Shown here: piece by piece, positions 1-11,360 of the stretch
Numbering within the stretch: position 1 is the stretch's first letter
Layout of the letters: the number at the start of each line of letters is the position of its first letter
NCBI RefSeq assembly: GCF_963921235.1
Contig: NC_086097.1
Location: 69,378,001 to 69,442,000 of the forward strand
Source: Mobula hypostoma
Taxonomy: Eukaryota
Length of the DNA stretch: 64,000 nt
Reading direction: 5' to 3'
Notes under the pieces: model-generated
What the model saw: the letters and a program-made list of their open reading frames with translations, nothing else
The model's database searches: none
What the model was told of the DNA's origin: nothing
Translations under genes and position numbers: made by a program

Positions 1-620
1 TCCGGAACCTCTCCCGTCCCCATTGATGTTTCCAAGATCATCGCCAGAGGCTCAGCAATCTCCTTCCTCGCCTCCCACAGTAGCCTGGGGTACATCTCAT
101 CCAGTCCCAGTGACTTATCTAACTTGATGCTTTCCAAAAACTCCAGCACATCCTCTTTCCTAATATCTACATTTAAAACTAGTTCTAATAGTTATAAAAT
201 AGAATGGTTCAGTTGTCTTATGAGGAAAGGTTAGACAACTGGGCTTGGACTATTTAGTAGATGTGACTGGATTGAAGCAGGTAAGACCATGAAGAAGTCT
301 TAACAGATTGGATATGGGGAGGGTGATTTTCTTTTTGGTAGAATTTAGAACTACAATTGGTCACTCAATCATGACAAAGATGAGGTAATAATTTTTCCTT
401 CGGAGGGCTATAACTCTTTTGAACTTTCTTCTTCATCAAAGAATGGAAAAATAAACTTGAATATTTGTAACAGAGTTAGATAAATTATTGATAAATGTGT
501 CTGTGGTGGGAGATGAGGTGAAGCAGCACTGGGGTAGGTTGGAAGGTACAGTTGAAGTTAAAATCGGATCATATTTGTTCTTCTTGAATTACAGAATGGG
601 TTTAAGTGCTTGTATTTCAT
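1..620. mobile_element. CR1 LINE fragments (ORF2 piece on - at ~1-170; decayed 3' end on + at ~200-620)
   Basis: Resembles the CR1 copies elsewhere in the window (e.g. tcttatgaggaaaggttagacaactgggctt, a YEERL-LGL-type C-terminus). Confidence 0.55.
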
Positions 621-1155
621 ATGTTAAAACAAAACACCTAGATGTACTGAAACCAGAACAGAATAAGCAAAACTTTCCCCACAGGACTGGCATTTCCATT
701 TAATGCACTGGGGTTGCTGTTGTCAGTAACTTCATCAGTGCTACTGTACTGAGCTCACTGGTGACTCCAGTGGAATATGCTGCATGCCCAAAGATGAGCA
801 TCTAACTACCACATTGTTTTGGACCAACTCATTCGTCTAAATTCATGCAATAATCTGAAGAGCCTCAGACAGCTGGCATTCAATGAAGCTCATGGCTTAG
901 CACGACATGGACAATGACGGGAACCAACCAAAGACAATCAACATTGAGCCAACTAGATCCCGAGATCATGGCGTGCCAATAAAATCTGTAATATTTTGAA
1001 GGCGTCATGCAGGCCGGTAGTAAATGCTGAAGCCATTCGGGCTTTGGCAAGGTCCAATAGTATTAGGATTGGAGATGCAATGGTGTGAGCATCGTCAAAA
1101 AATGTAGGCAAAGAGGAAGTGGCTGGACGAAGTAAGAGAACTTACTGGAGCTTAC

Positions 1156-1189
1156 CGCGCAAGTTAATAATCTGAGAGGTTCTTGCGAT
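1156..1189 (-). CDS. Putative 34-nt coding exon 2 of the divergent gene (probably NUBPL)
   Basis: On -: gtcggtttcag|ATCGCAAGAACC...TGCGCG|gtaagc. Canonical splice sites; continues the exon 1 frame as (P)SQEPLRLLTCA and ends in phase 0. Confidence 0.35.
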
Positions 1190-1339
1190 CTGAAACCGAC
1201 TACACAGAATCACACCAATTAAAATCCACAACCAACAGTCGAACAAAAGCATCCATTGAGGGAGCCCACCCAATCAATTAAAATTGTAACCGGGGTTGAG
1301 GCAGTCATATAACACAGGTGACTCAAAGCAAAGGGCAAG

Positions 1340-2360
1340 GGTTTCCCACTGAAATACAGCGGGTCGTTTACGGGGAACGGGGACGGGAGGAGACGAGACG
1401 GACACCCACCCAGAAGCGCGCCGCCCGGGCTGCCATGGCCACGCTTGGCCCGAGGTGACGCCACCCGGCTCCGCACAGCTGCGCCATCCAACCGCCGGCC
1501 ACCGACTGTCCCACGCGCACATCCGCCACTCCTTCTGCGTCACCACCAGGCGACCGTCCGAACAACAGAAGCTGCACCAGAGGCCTCAATATCTCGCTTT
1601 GGCCTTGACCGATAACGGAAGAGTCTAAACGCTGGCATCACATTTTAGCCTCACGAACCAGTCACCTATTCGTCCCCACAACATCAAGAGCGCGGCTGTT
1701 AAACCATCTAAACCCAGCGTTCGCTCAGGTGCTTGACAACGGCCGGAAGTCGGGATGACGCCAGCATCTACCCATGGTTCTCAGAGGGGGCAAATTTGAA
1801 GGGGCCTTTGGTGTGAACCGTTGCTCTGAACCTTTTTCTGGGGGAGGGATGGGAGAGAGTCGGTGGCGTTCCTCCCGGCTCTTTTGTTGATGGGGACCGG
1901 GCCCGCGCTGGAGCGGTCGGTTGGCTGCCGTGTTTGTGCTGCGGTGCAGGAGGTGTCCGGGCGCCGGGCGATTGGTTTCCAATGATGTCAGAAGTGAGGT
2001 CGGAGCGCGGTGCCCTGTGGTCGGACGCGGAGACCCTGGCGCTGATCGCCGTCTGGAGCGAGGAGAATGTACAGACGGCGCTGGACGAGCAGCTCAGGAA
2101 CAGCCATGTTTTTAAGTTCATCTCGTCGCAGTTGCTGGACCAGGGTTACATCCGCACCCCGGAGCAGTGCCGCATCCGCATCAAGGGGCTGAAGAGGAAG
2201 TACACGCTGGCCAAGGACAGCATCAGGCGGGGCTGCAGCGCCAGTGGCAGGAAGATTTGCCGCTTCTACGAACAGCTGGACGCGGTGCTCGGCACCCGGG
2301 TTGGCAATGAACGACCCGTAGTCATTGACGCGATCGCGACACCCGGCGAGTCGCAGGATA
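1340..2360. promoter_or_regulatory. CpG island / probable bidirectional promoter
   Basis: High GC and CpG; ETS/GABP motif CCGGAAGT at 1743-1750; CRE half-sites TGACG near 1456 and 1757; two start codons diverge ~545 bp apart. Confidence 0.75.
1372..1436 (-). CDS. Putative first coding exon of a divergent mitochondrial-protein gene (probably NUBPL by synteny)
   Basis: Strong Kozak gccATGg in a CpG island; MAARAARFWVGVRLVSSRPRS is Arg/Ser-rich with no acidic residues; donor CC|gtaaac; human order is NUBPL divergent from DTD2-HEATR5A. No conserved NUBPL domain lies in the window. Confidence 0.4.
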
Positions 2361-2510
2361 TTAAAGAGGAGCAAAACAGTCCGCATTCTGATATAAGTCA
2401 AAGAGTGGAATGCCACAATGGCCATTGTTCCTCGGAGGAGCCCGATCATTCGATGGGAGAGACCAGTAACCGGCAATTTGAGCCTCAGCCCTCTACCAGC
2501 GCTTTCTGTA
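1982..2510 (+). CDS. Exon 1 of Myb/SANT-like DNA-binding domain protein (MSANTD / ZSCAN29-like SANT domain, trihelix type)
   Basis: WSDAETLALIAVW...RNSHVFKFISSQLLDQGYIRTPEQCRIRIKGLKRKY...CRFYEQLDAVLG matches the Myb_DNA-bind_4 signature; donor TGTA|gtaagt at 2510/2511, phase 1. Confidence 0.88.
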
Positions 2511-4794
2511 GTAAGTGTAATTTCCTCTTCCTTTTAGAAAGTGCAAATGTTAGTTTAAAACTGGTGCAGCGTGTGGAAGTAGAAATGTCCTAATCGTTAC
2601 CTGTCGAATAAGTCACAGTTCAGTAACTATTTAGAAAGCGGAGGAAGATTTCTAACGATAATGGAGGTTGTAATAAACTTGATCCCCCAACACATGCTTT
2701 TATCTGAGTCACTAAATTAACTTGAGCTGGTTATGTTAACTACGCCTCAATCCCCAATTTCTCAATTTTTAAAATTTATGAACTCTCGACGCACAAATTA
2801 AAGTTTGCAAATACAACTTGATGTCCGTAATTCTTCGCCAAACAGTACTTTTGACGGGTTCTTTTGTCTGCATGTATTCTAATTCATTAGTCACACGTTC
2901 GTTTTCATTCTTGGTAGACTTTTTAGTGTGCCTGTGCCTATGACAACAAGATGATTTTGAGGCATATTTAACTATGAATTGTTTTTCAGGAGTAAATAAC
3001 GTTTAGCTTAATTAATCACTTGTGTTGAGTCCAATCAAATGTTAAGCGCTTCTCAGAAACCGCTCCAATCAAGTTTAAATTTCAAATTATGGACCATGTT
3101 CCATGGTTTAAAAAAATAAAGGTCTCTTTTAGTACAGGAGTCCCCCTATCTAGTGTGCTGAATTCTGGCATATTATTCACGTGTGCAGGCAAGACAAGTA
3201 CACATTTGTTTTCCTCTTGTTCTTGATGGGGCGGGGAACCTCTGCAATCGCTTCCACAAACTTGTTAGGTAAGAATTTTCCATTCCTGAATTATTGGCTA
3301 TGAACAAATAACTGTTTCTTAACTAAATATTTGTGATTTGTAGGATAACTGTGGTGTTAATTTTCCGTGCGTTTTTTATTTGGGCAGAGATAACGTGGTT
3401 GGGCAGTGTTGACAAACATAATCCAGAATAATTACGTTGCACCTTTTGGATTGATTGTACGTATTGGCGCCGGAGTGCACGGATATTTTTGGAACGGGTG
3501 CCATTCACTGGCATTTCATTTTTACTTGGATGATATTTTACATTTTCTGGAGTTTTAACTCGTAATGAAGAATATCATGATACAAGCTTGTCTTGGATCT
3601 TGTTTATGTTGGAAAGATTTTGGTGAGCGAGGCTGTGTCTTTGTGGGTTAATTAATTAAGCGGTAGTCCAAGTTTCTCGTCAATGCACTGTATGTAAGAA
3701 TATTGATGAAGTTGTAATATTAGTGATGTTGCTGAATGACAAGGTTTGTGGTTGGATTTATTCTTTTGTTAGGAATAGCCGTTGCGTGGTATGTTGGTAG
3801 TATAAGTGTTCCCGCTACTTATCGCCCCAAACTGAATATTGAACATATTTCATTGCATACAGATATGCTTCATTATTGAAGAGTTCTGTGTGAAACATTT
3901 GCTGCAGCCATCTAAACACATCCCAGCCAATGACTTGCCAGTGGAGGCATTCAAGCACTCCAGAGTAGAGAAAAGCCTGTTCCTAGTGGATCAGGGATCT
4001 GAGGTATGAGAAACAATTACATTCTGAGTTTGAGCCCATTAAGAAAGTAGCTGAAAGGATAATCTGAGGTAAATAAGTAAGAATCTTCCTTGAAATCATT
4101 GTTTATCTCAGTTTGTTTAAAGGTAACGGAATTTTTAGTAACGTTATTCAGTTATAGAAGTGCAGAATAGAATCCTGACTGGTGTTGGCAAAACTCCCTG
4201 CAATCATTAGAAAAAAGTATTATGATGTTGCAGTGGGGTCACTACTGTGAAAAAGAAAACGGTCTGAAACTCTGCTGGCATCTCATTTCGGAAATGGCTG
4301 AGTGTTTCCAGCATTTTCTTCTTTTATATATCAGATTTCTAACACCTTCTAAACAAAAAGCTGGTAGCATGTCAAAAAATTCTTATCCCATTGTCCTTTG
4401 ATTCCAATACCGGAACCCATTTTATTTTTCTTCCCCTCAACTATTTGAAGCAACTGAGGGGCCTGTGCAGTTTTCATTGTTGGAAGCTCTGGTAATCTTA
4501 GCTGGTAACTCCTATTCTTGATAGTTCCACTGCATAAAGCTGCCAACAACACAAGAATCAAAAAAATCATTCAAAGTTAATTTGTTCAGCAAGGACAACT
4601 AGATTACATAAAATACTTGCAATAATTCAGAACATTTTAGTCTTTTCATCATATTACCATAGTATATTTTGTGAAGATTACCACTGTATTTTTACACTCC
4701 AGGATCAACTGGTGAACTGATACTAGTGATGTAATTCTGATAAATTTTATTTCTGATGTTTCACACCTATATCTCCTGGAGGTAAGTGAATATA

Positions 4795-5275
4795 AAGTTC
4801 AATTAAATTTATTATCCAAGTACATATGTCACCATATACAACCCAAGATTCATTTTCTTGTCAGTATACTCAATAAATCCATAATAAAATAATAACCATA
4901 ATAGAATCAATGAAAGATTGAACCAATTTGGGTGTTCAACCAGTGTACAAAATACAACAAACTATAAATACAAAAAGAAGGAAATAATAAATGCATAACC
5001 AATAAATATCGACAACATGAGATGAAGAGTCCTTGAAAGTGAGTCCATAAGTTGTGGATACATTTCAATGATGGGGCAAGTGAAGCGATCCCCTTTGGTT
5101 CAAGATCCAATGATTGAGAGTCAATAACTGTTCCTGAACCTGGTGGTGTGAATCCTAAGGATCCTGTACCACCTTTCTGATGGCAGCAGTGAGAAGAGAG
5201 CATGTCCAGTGTGGTGGGTGCCCCTGATGATGGATGCTGCTTTCCTGCGACAGTGCTTGTGTCTGTACTGTTGAC
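4795..5275 (-). mobile_element. Rex1/Babar-type LINE 3' fragment
   Basis: CRRKAASIIRGTHHTGHALFSLLPSERWYR...TTRFRNSY C-terminal motif; tail matches that of the copy at 61240-61980. Confidence 0.75.
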
Positions 5276-5689
5276 TGCTGGAACTGTATTTATGGGGGTA
5301 TGTAGTAAACATGTAAAGTTGCAGTAAGGTAACCAATTTGCGTGATAAGTTGTTATTACAATTACAGCATAAGAAAAAAAATACAATGAGCTAAGTGACT
5401 GCTCTTAACTTATTTGTAGAAATAATCTTGGATCAAAAGTAAGGATGTTAACTGATATTACTCAGTGTACCACTAGCAATTCATCACAAAAATGGAGACA
5501 TGAGCCTTTCCAACATCTGTAAGGCACAAGTCAAGAATGCAATGGGGGTAACTCTTTGTTAACCTACTGGGTGCAGCTCCTATAAATCTTGAAGTATTTT
5601 CAGAACTGGTATAACTGCTGCGAGCTTGCTGCCTACTTTTTGATATTCCATTCAACAGTTTGAGCATGATTAATACTTTTATTCTTAGG

Positions 5690-7540
5690 CAGTCCCTCAA
5701 GATTAAAAATGATTCCAGTTATTTATGGCCATTTAAGACCTTGAGATTCTGCCACAAATGGAGAGGGTGGTAGTTGGTGAACCAGAGTGCTGCTCCTGCT
5801 GTTTTTGATAGGCTCCCATTGTATTGGTGAGGTTCTAACAGATATCCTGAATACTTCACCTCTCGTAGTTGTGTGTCAGGGATTCTCAGGAATTTGTTCA
5901 GATTTTGTATTTGAATAAGAATGTTGGGAATATTTTTGAATCTATTACTTTGTGTGTCTAATAATCTCCTTGACAGCCCATAGTAGAATATTTGTTTTGG
6001 AATCTGGTATTGGCCATGCAAACAATGTGCCTTATCAAACAGAACAGACTTAGTTCTCAGTGTTGTAGATGTTGCTCTGAGGAAGGATACTGATCATGCT
6101 AGATTTAGTGAAGGATACTGATCATGGAGGATTTAGTGAAGACCATGTTGGTTAAGTCTTTTCAATGCTTTGAGGTGCTGTATATCAAACATAGGAGGAT
6201 AGAGATCACTGCTGGTAGACCATGGTTTTGTGTTGATTATAAGGTCTTGATCTTCAGATATGATTTTTGTTAGACAGCTGAAGTTATTGTGGACAATGGA
6301 AGTCATGGTGAGTTTCATCGTTGATGTTTGACTTCATTGAGAGGTGCTACCACATTTTTCATTGTTTTGTCATTGGTTTTTTTTGGTCTGGAAGGTGCTG
6401 TTGTGTAGTGTTGGCAGTTTGGTAGAATATGCCTGTATCATGGATCTTGATGTATGGCCAACCTCTTGGCTTCATTGAACTAGTCAATAATGTCTTGGGG
6501 ATTAATCTTCCAGTGTGCATAGACCCAAGCTGCAACTACAGTACTGATGGTGGGGTGACTGGGGAGTGACACAGGTTAAATATCCTATTGCAGTGTTGAA
6601 TAGTTGCATTCCAGCTGAAAGCATGTTGATGATAACATACAGCATTACAGGGAAAAAACATTTGGGGTGGGGGGAGTGACAGTAGTGAGGTGATCTTATA
6701 AGAGTGGTGATGCTGAGATTGGGCCTGTTTTAGCATTATTGGTTGAGATCAAGACATTTATACCGCCATGAAGAAAAGTTGGAGATAAATTTCTGTGGGA
6801 AGCCAAATTTGAGGGTGCTTCATAGTCTTCTATTTACTGTATTGGAAGGTTTTAGTGAGGTTCAGAAAGGTCACATCATTGGCACTTCTTCCTATATATC
6901 TTGAAGTTGTTGTGCAGCAAAAGTCATGTTTTGGTGTACCTCTGGAAGCACAGAATCCAATAGGTTATTGAACAGCTCTCCTGCCAGTGGTCATCACAGT
7001 GAGATTTGACTCCTCTCTTGAGGATGGTTGTGATTGTAGCGTCTGTGTTCCCCTGACATGTTCACCTCCTCTCAGATGTAGTGACTGTACTTTCTAACAG
7101 TAAGCTTTATCACTTCTGCTGGAACACCTTTTGTTTCTGAGGCTTCACCTTTTAGTTGAAAAATCACCTCACTCATTTATTTCTAGTCAGACATTTCTAG
7201 TTGACAGTGTTCTTTTCTTAATTTAAGGGGTCTGGCTGCTCTGTTAGGCAATAAATAATTAGCTCTAAGAATTCAGTGAGGAGTGGAAGTAGGAGTAAGC
7301 CAGAAGGAAATGCTACATTCATGAAGTGGGCTTCACCATCAATAAAGAGCTTCTTTGCTGAATTAACAACTCCTGTTGAAGAACTGAATGTCTTTTGATT
7401 CTCCAACCTGCATTCCCAGTGGAAACAGCATGTGACAGTGATCAGAGTTTATGCCACTAACCTGCAAGCTTGGGTGTTTGGTGTGACAAAGGAGGACCTC
7501 CATTCACCCGACACAGATCCCAGACAAAAACAAACTAATC
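5690..7540 (-). mobile_element. Decayed RTE-clade LINE (RT on -, inverted endonuclease piece at ~7270-7540 on +)
   Basis: - strand ~6790-6870 reads FLNLTKTF..TVNR..KFGFPQKF (RTE FIDLTKAFDTVNR..KFGCP); + strand ~7290-7470 gives KPEG..HEVGFTI..KQHVTVIRVYA, APE-like. Confidence 0.6.
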
Positions 7541-7859
7541 TTATGTGTCACGATGGGGAGAAAATTTAAGTGAGGAGTGTTCAGTAAGGAAGGAATAGAG
7601 AAGCTTATTTGCAATGGGGTCTTAATTCCAGACCAAATGCTTACAGCACGGTCTTGTCAAACTTACTTTATCAGAAACTAAGAGATTCAGACACTGGTAC
7701 CCACAATGACACTCGAGTAGGAATAAACCTGGAATCCTCTCTTTTGAAGTTTTTGTTTCTCTTGCCTTCTTCAAAATTGGTGTAATTCTTAATTTTTGAA
7801 CTGCGAAGTATCTTGTTGACAGCTAACTTGAGTACAGAAATTTCATTATAAAACTTCAC

Positions 7860-7990
7860 CGCCAGAATGCCTGGTGACACTTGTGAGCTGCCCCAGCACA
7901 TCCTTGGATTCTGTTGGTTATTAATGCAAAGGATGTATTTCACCATATGTTTCAATGTACTTGTGATAAATAAATGAACTTGAATCTCAG
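7860..7990 (+). mobile_element. SINE-type 3' fragment
   Basis: gacacttgtgagctgccccagcacatcc...gtacttgtgataaataaatgaacttgaatc recurs at ~19920, 27350, 40790 and 45020(-). Confidence 0.6.
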
Positions 7991-9000
7991 GTGCTTTGAT
8001 GTTGCTGTAATCAAATAAGAAATAAGAGCACGTGTTGATCTTATTGTCACTAGCTCCAATGAAATTTAGAGCAAAAATATTGGTTAAAGGAGTAGCATTT
8101 GTAGAGCATTTTGAAGAATATAAGCATTGCATGAATGTTGGAGCAATTAAATTCAGGTATAATGAAAAGCCCAGAAAAAGACATCTTGAAATTACTAAAT
8201 GAAGGATATCAGAGTTGGAAAGTAGTAAAACATGGCAGAGTTTGAAAATGAGTGTAAGCGTAGACTGTGGGAGACTAGCATGCCACCACATTGTAATTTT
8301 CAAGACTAGGGTCTATAGATGAATGATTCCATGGCAGATGTACTGAGGCTGGATACAACTGTGTGATTTCCTGAATATTTGTTCTAAAAGTGAGAAGGGC
8401 CTGTTCCTGTGCTGCACTCTCATCTTCGTTCTAAGCTGACTTTAAGCAATGAATGAGTTGAGTTGGTTAGTGAAGAGAAAGATTGAAATTTGCTGGTTCG
8501 TGACAGTGATTAGAGTGAATATGTCTTCTTGCTAATAGGCTGGTTCATGCTTAATCAGGCATTTTCCCATGGTGTTTTGATTGCACAAGCCCACTTGCCT
8601 TCAGGGAAGATTAACCTGAATGTTAAGTCTTTACAGCCCTGTGGTGAAGTGGAGCCTTTGAATAGCAGACCCTTAGGACCTGCTTCTTGATATCAGAGAC
8701 CTTTAAATTATTTTTGTGTATCTGATAATCAAAGCTTATGAGAACTGTTTAGTAATGTAAAAATGAAAAATATAAATAAATCAACAAGACTTAATTTTGA
8801 CTGCATTATTAAAATATTGTTTTGATAGTTCACACCAACAGAGCTATGGATAAGAACTACATAATATTTGGTGGATGTGTCCACCACTACTATTATGTCT
8901 GGAAATCCGTGGTTTCCTATGATTTAATTATTTTTCAGTTTGCCATCATTCTTTTGCTTAGGTAAGGCACGTTTCAAATATGTTGTGCTTTTGTTTTCAG

Positions 9001-9347
9001 CTCCCCGTGTTCGGCGTATGCATTCATCTCTACCATTTGCACCTCAGCCGAAGAAAGCCAAGAAGCATTCACTGGAGGACATAATGGATGGGATGATGGA
9101 GAAGTTCATTCGCTACAGTGAAGCTGCAGATGAAAAATTTCTCCGTTACATGGAGGCATCAGAGGAACGCTTTGCTCGTCTTGAGCAGCTCCGCATGGAA
9201 ATGGAGGAGAGGATGAGGCAAAGTGATAGAGAGCATGAAGCTCGCGTTCTATTCATGCTAGGACAGATGATGGGCCATAATATAGCGGACTTTCCTTCCA
9301 CATCTACAGCTACTGAAAGTGAAATAACTGAAAGGAAAGTATTTTAG
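9001..9347 (+). CDS. Exon 2 of the Myb/SANT-like protein (basic NLS-like motif plus coiled coil)
   Basis: Acceptor ttgttttcag|CT is phase-compatible with exon 1, giving 876 nt = 291 aa + TAG; PKKAKK then an E/R/M-rich coiled coil typical of MSANTD/Harbinger Myb proteins. Confidence 0.82.
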
Positions 9348-11360
9348 GCTACCCTTCAATGTTTTTTTTTAAGCAAAGTTGTGTCTTTGTTACATATTCT
9401 TATTTTGTATACAGTATGTTTTCCAATGTGACTGAATACAGGTTCACAACAATATTTTTTAATTCTTCAGAGTTTGCATGTTGAATAACAAATCCATTTC
9501 TTTGGAAAAGTTATTGATAGCTCAACTTTGAACCATTCTTTCAAGGGGTTTAAATTCAGTGCAAGGATTGAATTCACATTTCAACCAATATAACGTCAGG
9601 AGAAAATAATTCTAGCAGGCAGAGTCATCACGTTTCATGTTAAGGTTTGCATAGGACTTAAATAGGCACACTATTTAGGTACTTTTAACTATTGTTCTAA
9701 GTGATGGCAATACAGTGAACATCAAATTAACGCAATGTGATCTTTCAAACTATATGTAGAAGAATATTTTGCATCATCCACTATCCTGTTCTCATTTTGT
9801 TCCCTTTTATTCCAAAGCACTAATAGGTTTGCTGTTGCATTACAGATCTTTCATTCAGTTGTTTTTGAGTAATGATTATTTCACCACATGTGCAGTTAGC
9901 AATGCTTCAGTAAATGGAAATCCTACAGTGCTATATTAAAGGGCAGTACTCCATATTGAGAGATATATTGTTCCTTGGCAGAACTTAGTCCTAATAGCAT
10001 GAACTGCAAGTGAGTGTGTTTTTTTTCCTCATTTATTCAAATATTGTCTGATTTGCTGACATTCCAGTAAGGCTTATACGGCTTTAAGGAGACCTTTCCC
10101 CTTCCCTTTTCTGTGCTGAGGCAGGTGCTCAACTACGGTGTTTACTATTGTCATCTCAATGAAGAAGTCAATCTTCTGTTCCCAACAGGACAATAAGTAT
10201 TTGCTTCTATTTCTTTAAAAAGTGATTTTTAAATTTTTAAACATTGAAGTCAACTTTTTTAGGTGATGTAGGAAATTGAGTACTACTAACATTGCGGTAT
10301 TTGCTTTTGGTGTGTATTTGATTTATGATGTATTTATTTCCACATTGACCATGATGAAATTAAATCAAGCTAATGTTGCTCTTGGCAAGGAGTTCATAAC
10401 TCCCAAGAATTTTGGGTAAGGTATTTAAACCATTTACCCAAATAAGTGAATACAATTGCTTGGAATGCACACTGGACATACATGCATTTCTTTTCAACAA
10501 CTTTGTTCCTTGCTTTTGTTTTGAGTTTTACAGCTAAGCTGTTCTTTCCAAATTAAGTTATTCATAATTAGAATCCTATGAGCCTTTAAATGTGATTGGC
10601 AAATGGTGACTTTGCATACAGTTATTGTAAAATGGCTCAGTTAATCTTCAGTTGTCAACAAAGGTGTTAGTTAATTATCTTTTAACTTGCAATGAATGTA
10701 ACTAGATAAAGATGCTGAAAAATGGTAAGTTAATTGGTTATTGGTGTTGGTTGAAATGACAGTGTTTCTGCTTGCGTACTGAACCTTAGTTGTCATTGTG
10801 TGCTTTCTCTTGGCAGACACATATTAATGTTTAATACTGGTAGGTACTAAAAAGCATATGTTAATAGAAGTTCAATTTAAAGTTGTGTGACATCACTTTT
10901 TAGTTACTGAATTTCATATTTGGTACTTTTAGTTGGTCTCCTTTTTATAACTTGGAAGAACTGTTAAATTACAGAAAATGTAAACTGAAGAAAGATCTGT
11001 TTAGCCATAGAAATGGAGGATTAACTGTTTGCCACTGAAGAATTTTAATTTTTAGTGGAAACTTGCAGCTACTATTGTGTCCACTTAAGATAAAGATTAA
11101 TGGAAGGGATCTGGAGTATGAATTTTCACTGCTAGCCAGTTGTAATTTGGGAGGGGGGTGTCTTTGAATAGGTTGGGGTACAAAGTGCATTTGTGTTTTA
11201 AACAACTAAATTGGATGATTTATCCATGAATTGTAAATAGATCTATTTCCAATGGGAAAAGAATCCATTCTCTTTCACCTTCAAGTATTTTTATAATTTT
11301 ATATTGTAGAATTAACTGTTACTTAAGTAAAATAAAATATTAATATTGAGATTTGGTTTC
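9348..11360 (+). other. Probable ~2-kb 3' UTR of the SANT gene
   Basis: AT-rich with no recognisable repeats; Pumilio-type TGTAAATA at 11232-11239; AATAAA at 11331-11336 followed by GT-rich sequence. Confidence 0.5.

Noticed and set aside
700-1140. Possible very old RTE 3' remnant
   Set aside because: Only faint motif resemblance; cannot be supported by eye
1725-2476. Antisense ORFs over the CpG island and SANT exon
   Set aside because: Expected by-products of GC-rich sequence; no recognisable domains
1934-2593. 219-aa single-exon version of the SANT ORF
   Set aside because: Starts at a non-ATG codon and runs through a consensus donor at 2511; splicing to 9001 restores the expected coiled coil
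6083-6142. 28-bp tandem duplication (also a 15-bp duplication at ~27660 and an ~85-bp degenerate one at ~16360-16510)
   Set aside because: Two-copy local duplications without spacers or structure; not CRISPR-like
7671-8303. 210-aa minus-strand ORF
   Set aside because: No ATG start, spans a SINE fragment, no domain similarity; chance ORF
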